64,000 nucleotides of DNA from Pristiophorus japonicus (Eukaryota), in contig NW_027251299.1 in the NCBI RefSeq assembly GCF_044704955.1, positions 806,001 to 870,000 of the forward strand, read 5' to 3'. Positions within the stretch are counted from its first letter, which is position 1. Each line of letters opens with the position of its first letter. Positions 36,634 to 51,000 of this stretch are shown here, piece after piece. The notes below the pieces were generated by a model. The model was not told the origin of the DNA and made no database searches. It saw nothing but the letters and a program-made list of their open reading frames with translations. A program made the translations under genes and the position numbers.

Positions 36634-39600
36634 ACCGGCACTCTGCAGTCTTATTAAATGAGCTAAGGTCACACGTCTTCATTGTTCAGAGTAATCGGTT
36701 CCATCTTTTTAAAGAGTGTATCAATTGGTGACGCGGTAACGAACAACCATGCAAAAATGCAAAGAACAGTTGTTATCCAGTAAAATTATCAGAAGAGGGT
36801 GATTGGGAGGCTTTCGTGGAGAGACTCGACCAATAATTCGTGGCCAATGAGCTGGAATGGGACGAGAACGCTGCCAAATGAAGGGTGATCCTCCTTACTG
36901 TTTGTGGGGTAACAACCTATGGCCTCATGAAGAACCTTCTGGCTCCGGTGAAACCAACAGATAAATCCTATGAAGAATTGTGTATGCTGGTCCGGGAATC
37001 CTAAGGAAAGCATTTTGATGGCGAGATATCGGTTCTACACGTTTCAACGGTCGGAGGACCAGGATGTGGCAAGCTGTGTCGCTAAAATAAGGCGCATCGC
37101 AGGACATTGCGAATTTGAGGGACTCCGAGAACAAATGCTTCGAGACATTTTTGCCATGAGGTAATCCTTCTCAAACTGTTGACAGTTGAAACCCTGAATC
37201 TATATCATGTCCACCAGCGATAACAACAAATAAATTTCGCAGAGCAAAGAGATTTCGGCCAGTCCTGTGCTCAATGTAACGTCATTTTCGAGCAGGAATA
37301 TTGATGGCAGAACGTACACTCTAGCGAATGCTGCACGATCTCAGATGACCCAGACTCTGCCATCAATCGTTAATGCATGGCAGTTTACACCTTGTTGGCA
37401 TTGTAGGTGAAAGTCGCCCCCTCAATGCCGCTTCAAGCATTATGCGTGCAACGGTTGCTGAACAATGGGACACCTCCAGCGAATGTGCTATAAACCACCA
37501 CATTGCAGAGGAAGATCAATCCACTGTGGATCAGGTTGAATTGGAGACTTGTACCGAGGAGGCAGAAGTGTATCGGGTACACTCATTCACCACGCAATAT
37601 CCACCAATAAGGTTGAAAGTTGAACTGAACGGAATTCCAGTATCGATGGAACTTGTGCGAGTCAGTACATAATGAGTAAAAAGGCCTTCGACAGGCTGTG
37701 GTGCAACAATGCACAGAGGCCAAATCTCAGCCCCATTCACACCAAACTAAGGGCTTACACGAAGGAATTAATCCCTGTAATTTGCAGTGCAGAAGTCAAA
37801 GTATCCTATAATGTAGCAGTACATGAATTCCCGCTGTGGATCATGCCAGGGGATGGCCCCACACTGTTTGGCAGAAGCTGGCTGGGAAAAATCCGTTGGA
37901 ACTGGGACGATATCCAAGCGGTTTCATCCGTCGACGATGCCTCATGTGCCCAGGTTCTGAGCAGATTTCCATCGTTGTTCGATCCAAGCGTTTGGAGCTT
38001 CTCGGGGGCGAAAGTGCAGATCCATTTGGTTCCCGGTACACGACCCATCCGCCACAAGGCACGGGCGGTACCGTATATGATGCATGAGAAAGTAGTAATT
38101 GAGCTGCACAGGCTGCAGCGAGAAGGCATCATCGCGCCGGTGGAATTCAACGAGTGGACCAGTGTGATTGTCCCGGTCCTTAATGAGTACGGCATGGTCA
38201 GAATGTGTGGGGACTATAAAGTAACGATTAACCGTTTTTCGCTACAGGACCAGTATCTGCTATCCAAGGCAGACGAGCTATTTGCGAACCTGGCAGGAGG
38301 GAAGACGTTCACCAAGCTGGACCTGAACGCGGCCTACATGATGCAGGAGCTGGACGATTCTTCCAAAGGCTTCAGCTGCATCAACACACACAAAGCTCTG
38401 TTCATGCATAACTGATGCCTGTTCGGGATACGGTCGGCTGCGGAAATCTTCCAATGGAACATGGAACGCCTGCTAAAGTTGGTTGCTCGCACCGTGGTCT
38501 TCCAGGACGAAATACTTGTCACATGTCTGGACACCATTGAGCAGCTGAAGAATCTGGAGGAGGTTCTTGGTCGGTTGGTTCACGTGGGACTCAGGTTGAC
38601 ACGCTCAAAGTGTTTTTTCCTGGAACCGGAGGTCGAGTTCTTGGGAAGAAGAATCGCAGCAGAAAGCATCAGACCCACCAACGCCAAAACGGAGGCCATC
38701 AAGAATGTGCCGAGAGCACAGAACGTGGCAGAGCTGCAGTCGTTCCTGGGGCTCCTTAATGATTTCGGTAATTTCCGACCTTGGTTAAGCACCCTGCGAG
38801 AACCCCGACATGTGCTACTGCGCAAGGGAGACGACTGTGTCTGGGGTAATTCACAAGAGGCTGCATTTGAGAAAGCATTAAATCTGTTGTGTTCAAACAA
38901 ACTGCATGCCCTGTATAACTCTCTCAGGCATGGTAATGATGAAAGCCATAGCCAGATTCCATGTGTTGTGGACGTGCGTCGTCTCAGATTTAGAGTCATG
39001 CGTGCACCAGTGCAACACATGCTCTCAGCTGAGCATTGCACCCAGAGAGGCACCGCTAAATTTGTGGTTGTGTCCCTCCAAAACGTGGTGGAGGATCCAT
39101 GTGGACTATGCGGGGACATTGCTGGCCAAAATGTTCTTGATTGTCATGGATGCTTACTCAAGATGGATTCAGTGTGTAACAATGTCTGTAAGCACGTCCA
39201 CGGCCACCATTGAAAGCCTACCAGCCATATTTGCCACGCAGGGCTTGCCTGATGTCCTACTCAGCGACAATGGGCTGTGCTTCACCAGTGCTGAATTCAA
39301 GGAATTCATGATCCGCAATGGGATCAAGCACGTCAGATTTTCCCCACTCAACCTGCATCCAACGGCCAGGCAGAATGGGCAGTTCAGATCATCAAGCAAA
39401 GCTTTAAACGAGTGATGGAAGGCTCACTGCAGACCCGGCTATCCCGAGTGCTGCTCAGCTACCCACCAGACCCCACTCACTCACCGGGGTTCCCCCAGAC
39501 GAGCTGCTCATGAAAAGGGCGCTAAAAGCAGGACTCTCTCTTGTTCACCCTGACCTCATTGATCATGTGGAGGGCAAGCAGCATCAACAAAGTCTGTATC

Positions 39601-40261
39601 ATGACCGCGCAAATTTGTCACGAAATTGGGGTCAATGAACCTGTGTTTTTATCAATTATGGACATGGTCCCAAATGGCTCGCTGGCACGGTCATCACCAA
39701 AGAGGGGAGCAGGGTGTTTCAGCTCAAATTGGCCAATGGTCTAACGTGCAGAAAACATTTGGACCAAATCAAATTGCGGTTCACCAACAGCTACGAACAA
39801 CCCGTAGAAGACACGACCAACTTTGACCCTCCACAATACACACAAGTGGCAACCGACATGATGGTTGACCACAAAACCGAACTCACCATCCCCAGCAGCC
39901 CGGCAAGGCCGGCTGCCCAGCTGTATCGTAAAGTACTAACCAACCCACCCACACCCGCATTTGTACCGAGATGATCGACAAGGGAGCGAAAAGCCCCAGA
40001 TTGTCTCAACCTGTAAATAAGTGTACTATTAAATTTACGAGGGAGTGATGTTATGTATTTAACACCTTGCACCCTGTATTATATCAACACAAGAGTGACT
40101 ATCTGTTGGAGTCCCAAGGGATCCCAGCATCACTTTGGACCACGGTATATAAGCAGGCCACTCACGAGGTACCGGCACACTGGAGTCTTATTAAAGGAGC
40201 GAAGGTCACACTTGTTCATTATTCACAGTACTCAGTTTCATCCTTTATTACGAGTGTATCA
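36634..40261 (+). mobile_element. Gypsy/Ty3 LTR retrotransposon, decayed (gag-PR-RT-IN; RNase H largely deleted)
   Basis: 3' LTR 40049-40261 (TG...CA, 213 bp) preceded by PPT gagggagtga. 5' LTR remnant 36634-36723 followed by a PBS-like TGGTGACG. Gag zinc knuckle CNGC..MGHLQRMC; RT motifs RMCGDYKVTINR, FTKLDL, VFQDEIL; integrase RIHVDYAG, DAYSRW, LSDNG. Domain order RT then IN is Gypsy. Confidence 0.93.
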
Positions 40262-41630
40262 GATTGTACTACCTGATAGGGCGGTAAATACATATTCAAT
40301 AGTAGCCTTCAAAAGGAAATTGTGTAAAGCTTATTAAAGGAGACTACAAAGGTATGAGGGAAGAGTTGGCTAAAAGGTACTGGGAAAATAGATAAAAGTA
40401 CAGGATGTTGATGAGCAGTGGCAGATATTTAAGGAGATATTTCATAACACCCAACAAAAATATATGCAAGATTGTAGGAGAAGGGATAAATATCCGCGGC
40501 CAAATAAGGAAATAAGGGATGGTATCAAATTAAAAACAAATGCGTACAATGTGGCCAAGACAATTGGGAGGCCAGAGGACTGGGAAACTTTAAAAAGCCA
40601 GCAACGACAAACTAAACAGATGATAAAGAGAGGGAAGATAGATTATAAAAGTAAACTAGCACGAAATATAAAAACAGATAGTAAGATTTTCTGCAGTTCC
40701 ATAAAAAGGAAAAGAATGGCTAAAGTAAATGTTGATCACATGTAGGATGAGACTGGGGAATTAATAATAGAGAAAAGGGAAATGGCAGAGACGTTGAACA
40801 AATATTTTGTATCCATCTTCATGGTAGAAGGCCCTAAAAACATCCCAATAGTGGATAATCAAAGGGCTATAGGGAGGGAGGAACTTATTACAATCACTGT
40901 CAAAAATGAAGTCATCTCAGTAAAATAATGGGACTAAAGGCGGACAAGTCCCCTGTACCTGATGGCTTACAAGGGTCTTAAAAGAAGTGGCTGTTGAAAT
41001 AGTGGATACATTGGTTGCAATCTAGCAACATTCCCTGGAACAGAGTATTGGCTAACAAACAGATCAGCGAGTCGCGATAAATGAGTCATTTTCCGGTTGG
41101 AAAACAATGACTTTTGAATATATCTAACCAACTGACCACAACAACTTTATGTGGTAGAGAATTCCACAGGTTTACAATTCTCTGGTGAAGAAGTTTCTCC
41201 TCGTCTCGCTCGTAAATGGCTTACCGCTTATTCTTAGACTGTCACCCCTGATTTTGGACTTCCCCAACATCGGGAACATTCTTCCTGTTTCTTACTTGTC
41301 CAATCCCGTCAGAATTTAATATGTTTCTATGAGATCCCCTCTCATTCTTCGAAACTCCATTGAATATAAGACTAGTTAATCCAATCTTTCTTCATGTGTC
41401 AGTCCTGTCATCCAGGGAATCAGTCTGGTGAACCTTCGCTGCACTCCCTAAATAGCAAGTACGCCCTTCTTCAGATTAGGAGATCAAAACTACACACATT
41501 ACTCAAAGTTTGGTCTCACCAAGGCCATGTACAACTACAATAAGACTTCTCTGCTCCTATACTCAAATCCCCTCGATATGAAGGCCAGCATGTCATTTGC
41601 TTTCTTTACTGCCTGCTGTAGCTGCATGCC
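40262..41630. mobile_element. CR1 fragments (plus 40262-41110; minus 41110-41630)
   Basis: KIDYKSKLARNIKTDSK linker on plus; ORF2 C-terminus on minus. Confidence 0.8.
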
Positions 41631-41679
41631 AAGTTTATATTAAACTAGAACTTGCCTCAGTTATTATGGCATTAAATGC

Positions 41680-41940
41680 TGTAACTCCCGGGACATGTAC
41701 AACATGTGTCAGATACAGAGTAAAGCTCCTTCTAAACTGCTCCATCAAATACCCCGAGGGCAGGTACAGCATGGTTTAGTTGTAATGTAAAGCACCATTT
41801 ACGCAGTACCATTAAATGCTCCCAGGTCAGATACAACCAGTTATATTTAATGTTAAGCTCGCTCCACACTGTCCCATGAAACACTCCCAGATCATTTAAT
41901 TCACGGGTTATATTTTGGATTATAGCTCCCTCTGTACACT
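41680..41940. repeat. 67-bp tandem repeat, about 4 units
   Basis: Same unit as 7945-8700. Confidence 0.8.
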
Positions 41941-42069
41941 CCAATCAATTTGGTTCGAGGCATATCATTAGAGCTCAAGGAAAACTTTTGTTAGTTGTTG
42001 ATATCTAGTTGTGGGGGAATACCCATTATCCATACTTGAGAGACAAGATGGAAAGATAGGACAAGACGG

Positions 42070-45000
42070 AACAGGGAATAGATAGGCGTTTCTGCCGCCG
42101 CAACCGAGACTCCAGGATGGTATGTTGCCTCCCTGGTGCAAGGGTCAAGGATGTCTCGGAGCGGGTGCAGGACATTCTAAAAAGGGAGGGAGAACAGCCA
42201 GTTGTCGTGGTGCACATTGGTACCATCGACATAGGTACAAAAAAGGGATGAGGTCCGACGAGACGAATTTAAGGAGCTAGGAGCTGAATTAAAAAGTAGG
42301 ACCTCAAAAGTAGTAATCTCGGGATTGCGACCAGTGCCACGTGCTAGTCAGAGTAGGAATCGCAGGATAGCTCAGATGAATAGTGGCTTCAGCTGTGGTG
42401 CAGCAGGGAGGGATTCAAATATTTGGGACATTGGAACAGGTTCTGGGGTAGGTGGGACCAGTACAATCCGGACGGTCTGCACCTGGGCAGGACCGGAAGC
42501 AATGTCCCCGGGCGAGTGTTTGCTCGTGCTGTTGGGGAGGAGTTAAACTAATATGCAGAGGGATGGGAACCAATGCAGGAAGACAGAGGGAAACAAAAAG
42601 GAGACAAAAGCAAAAGACTGAAAGGAGATGAGCAAAAGTGGAGGGCAGAGAAACCCAAGGCAAAAACCAAAAAGGGCCACTGGATATAAAGGGGCTGCAG
42701 GAGGGGTCAAAACTAGAAATCATGGTTTAAAAACTAGGTTTAAAACACTCTACCTAAACGGACGCAGCATTCGAGATAAAGTAAATGAGTTGACGGCACA
42801 AATCATTACAAATGGGTATGATTTGGTGGCCATTACAGAATCATGGTTGCAAGGTTCCAAGACTAGGAATTAAACATACAGGTGTATTTGACGATTCGGA
42901 AAGATAAACAAGAAGGGAAAGGAGGTGGGGTAGCTCTGTTAATAAAGGATGATATCAGGGCAGTTGTCAGAGACGATATTGGCTCTAATGAACAAAATGT
43001 TGAAACATTGTGGGTGGAGATTAGAGTTTGTAAGGGGAAAATAGTCACTGGTGGGCGTAATGTATAGGCCCCCAAATAATAACTTCACGGTGGGGCGGAC
43101 AATAATCAAGGAATGATGGAGGCATGTGAAAAAGGAACGGCAGTAGTCATGGGGGATTTTAACCTACATATCAATTGGTCAACTCAAATCGCACGGGGTA
43201 ACCTGGAGGAGGAATTCATAGAATGCATACGGGATTGTTTCTTAGAACAGTATGTTACTGAACCTACAAGGGAGCAAGCTATCTTAGATCCAGTCCTGTG
43301 TAATGAGACTGGAAAAATAAACGATCACCAAGTAAAAGATCCTCTCGGAATGAGCGATCACAGTACGGTTGAATTTGAAATATAGATTGAGGGTGAGGCA
43401 GTTGCGTCAGAAACGAGCGTACTATGCTTAAGCAAATGGGACAACAGTGGGATGAGGGCAGAGTTGGCTAAAGTAGACTGGAAACACAGACTAAACGGTG
43501 GCACAATTGAGGAACAGTGGAGGTCTTTTAAGGAGCTCTTTCATCGTGCGCAACAAAAATATATTCCAATGAAAAAGAAGGGTGGTAAGAGAAGGGATAA
43601 CCAGCCATGGATAACCAAGGAAATAAAGCAGAGTATCAAATCAAAGACCAATGCGTATAAGGTGGCCAAGGTTAGTGGGACACTAGAGGAATTAGGAAAA
43701 TTTTAAACAACAGCAAAGAATGACTAAAAAAGCAATAAAGAAAGGAAAGATAGATTACGAAGGTCAACTTGCGCAGAACATAAAAACAGATAGTAAAAGC
43801 TTTTACAGATATGTAAAACGGAAAAGATTGACGAAAGTAAATGTTTGTCCCTTGGAAGATGAGAAGGGGGATTTAATCGTGGGAAATGTGGAAATGCCTG
43901 AGACTTGAAACAATTATTTTGCTTCGGTCTTCACAATGGAAGACACAAAAACCATGCCAAAAATTGCTGGTCACAGGAATGTGGGAAGGGAGGACCTTGA
44001 GGCAATCACTATCACTAGGGGGGTAGTGCTGGACAGGCGAGTGGGACTCAAGGTGGAAAAGTCCCCTGGTTCTGATGAAATGCATCCCAGGGTATTAAAA
44101 GAGATGGCGGAAGTTATAGCAGATGCATTCGTTATAATCTACCAAAATTTTCTGGACTCTGGGGAGGTACCAGCGGATTGGAGAGCAGCTAATGTAACGC
44201 CTCTGTTTAAAAAAGGTGGCAGACAAAAGGCAGGTCACTATAGGCCGGTTAGTTTAACATCTGTAGTGGGGAAAATGCTTGAAACTATCATTAAGGAAGA
44301 AATAGCGGGACATCTAGATAGGAATAGTGCAAACAAGCAGACGCAGCATGGATTCATGAAGGGGAAATCATGTTTAACTAATTTACTGGAATTCTTTGAG
44401 AATATAACGAGCATGGTGGATAGAGGTGTACCGATGGATGTGGTGTATTTAGATTTCCAAAAGGCATTCGATATGTGCCACACAAAAGGTTACTGCAGAA
44501 GATAGAGGTGCGCGGATTCAGAGGAAATATTTTAGCATGGATAGAGAATTGGCTGGCGAACAAAAAGCAGAGAGTCGGGATAAATGGGTTCTTTTCGGGT
44601 TGGAAATCGGTGGTTAGTGGTGTGCCACAGGGATCGGTGCTGGGACCACAACTGTTAACAATATACATAGATGACCTAGAAGAGGGGACAGAGTGTAGTG
44701 AAACAAAATTTGCAGATGGCACAAAGATTACTGGGAAAGCGGGTTGTGTGGAAGACACAGAGGGGCTGCAAAGATATTTGGATAGGTTAAGCGAATGGGC
44801 GAAGGTTTGGCAGATGGAATACAATGTTGGAAAGTGTGAGGTCATCCACCTTGGGAAAAAAACAGTAAAAGGGAATATTATTTGAATGGGGACATATTGC
44901 AACATGCTGAGGTACAGAGGAACCTGGGGGTCCTTGTGCATGAAACTCTTTTTGGAACTCCAATCGACCTTCATCACCACAAGGATTCACTGGTGGTGAA

Positions 45001-45775
45001 TAGTGCTTATGGTCACTGAGGAGCATAGAATGACGAGTTGTGCAACAGGAATGACTCTGAGGGGGCATCTGGAAATCCCAAAAGTTAGTTTGCAGGTGCA
45101 GCAGTTAATCAGGAAGGCGAAAGGAGTGTTGGCCTTCATTGCGAGAGAGATGGAGTACAAAAGCAGGGAGGTCCTGCTGCAAATTTACAGGGTATTGGAA
45201 AGGCCGCACCTGGAGTACTGCATGCAGTTTTGATCACCTGACTTAAGGAAGGATATACTGGCTTTGGAGGGGGTACAGAGACGATTCACTAGGCTGATTC
45301 CGGAGATGAGGGGGTTACCTTATGATGATAGATTAAGTATAGACTGGGTCTTTACTCGTTGGAATTCAGAAGCATGAGGGGTGATCTTATTGAAACATTT
45401 ATAAAAATGAAAGGGATAGACAAGGTAGAGGCGGAGATGTTGTTTCCACTGGTCTGTGAGACTTGAACTCGGGGGCACAGCCTCAAAATACGGGGGAGCC
45501 AATTTAAAACCGAGTTGAGAAGAGATGTCTTCCCCCAGAAGGTTGTGAATCTGTGGAATTCTCTGCCCAAGGACGCAGTTGAGGCTAGCTCATTGAATGT
45601 ATTCAAGTCACAGATAGATAGATTTTTAACCAATAAGGGAATTAAGGGTTACAGGGAGCGGGCGGGTAAGTGGAGCTGAGTCCACGGCCAGATCAGCCAT
45701 GATCTTATTGAATGCCAGAGAAGGCTACCCCTGTTCCTAATCCTGTTCCGAATTCTTATGTTCTTATGTTCTTAA
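42070..45775 (+). mobile_element. Near full-length CR1 LINE (ORF1 esterase part, APE, RT, 3' tail), inactivated by frameshifts
   Basis: ORF1 MVCCLPGARVKDVSERVQDILKREGEQPVVVVHIGT (SGNH-like); APE LYLNGRSI...VAITESWL, MGDFN, MSDH; RT DWRAANVTPLFKKG, GVPQGSVLGP, YIDDL, KFADGT; tail ttcttatgttcttatgttctt. Confidence 0.94.
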
Positions 45776-47889
45776 AGTAGAAATAGGAGAGGGAGAGGAT
45801 ACAGGAAATCCCCACTGACATTTGTGATGTCACTATATACGGTGACAAGCATCTTTCCCCATTCTGTCTGTGGGTATCATCTTTACTTTATTCTCCTTTA
45901 ATTTAGAGAAATGTACCAAAAAACAATTGTTGCTAGAATCTGTTGAGACATTTGCATTTCTTTCTCTGTTTATTTCTCTGCTGTGTTGCTGGGGAAACAC
46001 TTATTGTGTTTCTGTCACACAATACTCTAATCTGGGACGTCTGTGTCTGTGTTTATTGACTTAAACGCCTCACTGGTTCCCATCAAGTGTTCATGGCAGC
46101 AAAATAAGATCAACAGAGTCAATTATTGATCAGTTTCAAGTCACAACAAGGGCTTATTTTAAGAATATTAACAGTTGGACCAACATTAATAGAAATATCT
46201 CGAAACGTAATGTTGGGTTCTGTTTTGTTCAATTAGAACAGATGTGATTTATATCAAAGGGAATAAATATTAAAATTCATGATTCTGTTCTGAAAGTTCT
46301 GCTGCTGAAATCAATGGAACATCCCTGAACAGGCTGCTATTCCACTGGATCTCCAGTTAGTGGAAGATTTAATCCACTGAAATTAAACAAGTTAAAACAG
46401 TGACCAGAGGAGTGTCCTGCAATTGCATTGATGTTTGAGCTTTTTACATTGCGCAAGTTGTATTTTCAAATTTTGACATTTACAAACACCTTGCATAGAT
46501 TATGGGCTCAGGTATCTGGAGTGGTGTTTAGTATCTGTGACCTTATGAGTCAGAGGAAAGAGCGATCCCACGGAGCCGAGTATTGAACATATCACAGCTT
46601 GTATTTTAAAATGCTGCCATTCAGCTCATCGTGTCTGAAGTTGAGGGCCTGAGCCTTGTCTTACACCGATCGGTTTATTGTCAGGTGCGAGTTCTCTTAT
46701 CTTGCCTGCGGTGTCATTTCCACAGTGGGATCTCCACTGGGTCCATATAAAAGTGTCAGTGATTCCACAAGGAACAACGGGAAGTGCCCGAGGCAGCAGG
46801 TCTCACGGAAGTTGAGTTAAACACAGTGTGAGCTGCACCATCAGAGCAGCTGAAAGCTGGGCCTGTCCTCCTTCGAGCCGAGCAGGTTCTGGGCCCTTAT
46901 TAGAGGTGTTCAAAATGATGAGGAGATTTGATCGGGTAATTTGGGAGATAGTCCATCACTCCCTCCCACCTCTCTACCTCCCTCCACCCGTCTCTCCAAC
47001 ACTCCCACCCTCCACCCCTCTTGCCCTCCATACTTCCATCCCTCCATCCATCAATCGCTCGCTCGCTGCACCATCTCTCCCTCCCTACCTACATCCCTCC
47101 AACCCTCCATCACTCCACCCATCCCTTGCTCGAATCCTCCAACCCTCTATCCCTCCTTTGTCCCACCCGATACTTATCTTTCTCTTTGCAGTGTCTCTGC
47201 TTCCAGCTATCAGGATTACTCAGCTGGAATTTTCTGAATCCATATCCTTCACCGGGCTTTCACATTTATTTACAAATAAGAGACAGCGAAGGCAAATATA
47301 TATAGTTAACCCCACCCCGAAAAAAACTGACAGAAATAAAATGGTGACATTTTCGGAGAGGGAGTTGGCTGGGGAACTGGCACTGGTTAGCAATTCTAGT
47401 TGGAGCAATCAGGATAATTTTCCTTTTTTAAATGAAACAAATAAGGGTAACAATTTAAAAACTTGCTTTAAGACATCGTGGACTTTCAGCTGTTCCTTTT
47501 CCCTCCCCCTTCTCACTGTTCAGGACGGGCCAGTTCCCGCCTGGAGCTCGCTGTCATTGTGTGTACGGGACAGTAGGACACACGTATTCGGTACGCGGAC
47601 TGACTTGGAGAAGCTGGGGCTGTTCTCCTTACAGCAGAGAAGGGTGAGGGGAGATTTATCAGATTGGTACCAGGGATGAATGACTCGGAACACTAGTTCG
47701 GACCCAGCTTGAATAATGTGTTAAATTCTGAGCACCACACTTTAAGAAGGACGTGAAGACCTTCGAGAGGGTACAGAAGCAATTTACTGGAAAGGCATCA
47801 GGAATGGGGTTTAAAATTACGTGGAGAGACTGGAAAAGCTGGGGCTGTTCTCCTTAGAGCAGAGAATGTTAAGAGGAGATTTAGTAGAC

Positions 47890-48075
47890 TAGACCAGCGG
47901 AAGGAGCATGCAGCAAATCAGTCCCACCCACACTTTCCTTCAACCACTGTCTGCCCCACCTGCGACAGAGACTGTAAATCCTAAATTGGATTGTTCACTC
48001 ACGTAAGAACTCACTTTTAGAGTGGACGCAAGTCTTCCTCGATTTCCAGGGGCTGCCTTTGCCTATGATGATGAC
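47890..48075 (+). mobile_element. RTE LINE 3' tail (paralog at 36475-36633)
   Basis: cagtcccaccca..tttccttcaac...gagtgga..gcaagtcttcctcgattt matches the 3' end of the RTE at 21080-21230; ends (tga)n. Confidence 0.75.
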
Positions 48076-51000
48076 CAGGAAAGAGGGACATCAGTTAATG
48101 TGGAGAGACTGGAGAAGATGTTATTGTTCTCCTTAGAGGAGAGAAGACGAAGAGAAGATTTGATTGAAGTGTTTAACATCATCAATTGTTTAGATGGAGT
48201 AACTAAATAGAAACCGTTTCAGATGTAAGGTGATTAACTAAAGAAATAGAGGCGATATATGGACGAACTTCTCTATGCAACCACTGGTTAGGATTTGGAG
48301 AGTACGGCCTGATAGGGTGCTAGATACAGATTCAATAGTATCTTTCAAAAGGAAATTGTATAAATACTTGAATGAGAATAAAATGCAGGGATATAGGGAA
48401 AGAGTGGGGGAGTGGGACTAACTCGATTGCTCTTCGAAAGAGCCAGCACAGACTCCATGGACTGAATTGCCACCCTCTGTGCCGGACTGATCTATGAGTG
48501 ACCATAACGTGGTTGAATTTCAAATTCAGTTGGAGGTAGAGAGAGTTCATTGTCAAACCAGTGTCCTCAGGTTTAATAAATACGACTACAAAGGTATGAG
48601 AGCGGAGTTGGCCAAAGTGGACTGGGAAAATAGATAAAAGTATGGGACAGTTGATGAGCCGTGACAGACAATTAAGTAAATATTTCATGTCTCTCAACAA
48701 AAATATATCCCAATTAGAAGGCAATACTGTAAGAGAAGGGATAGACATTCGTAGCTAAATAAGAAGATAATGGATGGTATCAAATTGAAAACAAATGCGT
48801 ACAATGTGGCCAAGACTAGTGGGAGGCCAGAGGATTGGATACTTTTGAAAGCCAGGAAAGAACAACTGAACAAAAGATAAAGAGAAAGATGATAGATTAT
48901 AAAAGTAAACTAGCACGAAATATAAAAACGGATAGTACGAGTTTCTACAGGTATATAAAAAGGAAACGAGTGCCTAAAGTAAATGGTGGTCACCTGGAGG
49001 ATGAGACTGGGGAATTAGTAACAGAAACAGGGAAATGGCAGAGACGTTGAGCAAATATTTTGTATTGGTCTTCATGTTACAAGAAACTAAAAACAGCCCA
49101 ATGGTGGATAATCAATGGGTTTTAGGCAGGGAGGAATTATTATAGTCACTATCACTAACGAAGTAGCACTCTTTAAAATAATGGGACTAAAGGCGGACAA
49201 GTCCCCTGGACCTGATGGCTTACATCCTAGGGTCTTAAAGAAAGTGGCTGCAGAGATAATGGATGCATTGGTTGTTATCAACCAAAATTTCCACAAATGT
49301 AATGCCGCTATTATAAAAGTAGGCCCACAAAAAGCAGGAAACTATCGACCATTTAGCCGAACATCTGTCATTGTAAAATGCTGGAGTCCATTATTAAAGA
49401 AGCAGTAGTGGGGCATCTGGAAAACCATGATTCAATCAAGCAGAGTCAGCATGGTTTCATGAAAGAGAAATCATGTTTGACAAATTTGCTGGTGTTCTTT
49501 GAGGATGTATCATACAGGGTTGATCAGGGGGAACCAATGGATGTGGTGTATTGGGATTCCAGAAGGCATCGATAAGGTGCCACATAAAAGGTTATTGCAC
49601 AAGATAAAAGGCCTTGTGGTTGGAGGCAATATTTTAGCATGGATAAAGGATTGGCTAACTAACAGATCGGAGAATCAGGATAAATAGGTCATTTCTGGTT
49701 GGCAAACAGTGATTCGAGGGGTGCCACAGGGATTGGTGCTGGGTCCACAACTATTTACAATCTATAGTAATGGCTTGGGTGAAGGGATCAAGTATAATGT
49801 TAGACAAGTTTGCTGATGATACAAAGATGTGTGGGAAAGCAAATTGTGAGGAGGACACAAAAAAATCTACAAATGGATATAGGCAGGCTAAGTGAGTCGG
49901 CAAAAGTGCACAGCGTATTGATGAAGCCACACCGAGAGGACTGCGTGAAGCTTTGGTTCTCCGTATTTAAGGAAGGATATACTTGCATTGGAGGCTGTTC
50001 AGCGAATGTTCACAAGATTGATTCAGGAGATGAGGGGGTTGAGTTATGAAGATATGTTAAGTAGGTTGGACCTATTCATACTGGAGTTCAGAAGAATGAG
50101 AGATGATCTGATTGAAACTTATAAGATAACGAGGGGACACAACAAGGTGGAGGCAGAGAGGATATGTCTACTCATACCCCTGGCTAAATAAAGAAATAAA
50201 GGACGGTTTCCAATTAAAAGCAAGGGGTCAAAACTAGTGGGAGGACAGAAGATTGGGAAACGTTTAAAAGGCAACAAATGAAAGATGAACAAAATGATTA
50301 GAAACATAGAAATATAGAAACATGTAAAATAGGTCCACGAGTAGGCCATTCGGCCCTTCGAGCCTGCACCACCATTCCACATGAACATGACTCATCATTC
50401 AATTTCAGTACCGCATGAATGCTTTCTCTCCATACGCCTTGATACATTTGGCCGAAAGGGCCACATCTAACTCCCTTTTGAATATATCTAGCGACTGGCA
50501 TCAACAACTTTCTGTGGTAGGGAATTCCACAGGTTCACAATTCTCTGAGTGAACATAGACTATGAATGTAAATTAGCATGAAATATAAATATAGATAGCA
50601 AGAGTTTCTATAGGAATATAAAAAGGAAAAGATTGGCTAGTCTAAATGTTGGTCCCTTAGAGGACGAGACCGGGGAATTAGTAATGGAGAACATGGAAAT
50701 GGCAGAAAATCTGAACAAATATTTTGTACTCGTCTTGGTTTTAAATCGGTGGCCCCTTATTCTCAGATCATTCTCTCTAGCTCTAGTGTCCCCTATCGGT
50801 GGAAACACCCTCTCTGCATCCACCTTGTCAAGCCCCCTCATAATCTATTAGGTTTCGAGAGGATCACCTCTCATTCTTCTGAGTTCCAATGAGTAGAGGG
50901 CCAACCTACTCAACGTTTCCCCATAAGTCAACCTCCTCATCTCTGGAAGCATCCTTGTGAACCTTCTCTGAACTGCCTCCAAAGCAAGTATATAATTTCG

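Noticed and set aside
46828-47679. 283-aa proline-rich ORF
   Set aside because: It is stitched from CR1 fragments and a CT microsatellite, starts at GTG, and is not open in the paralogous unit A.
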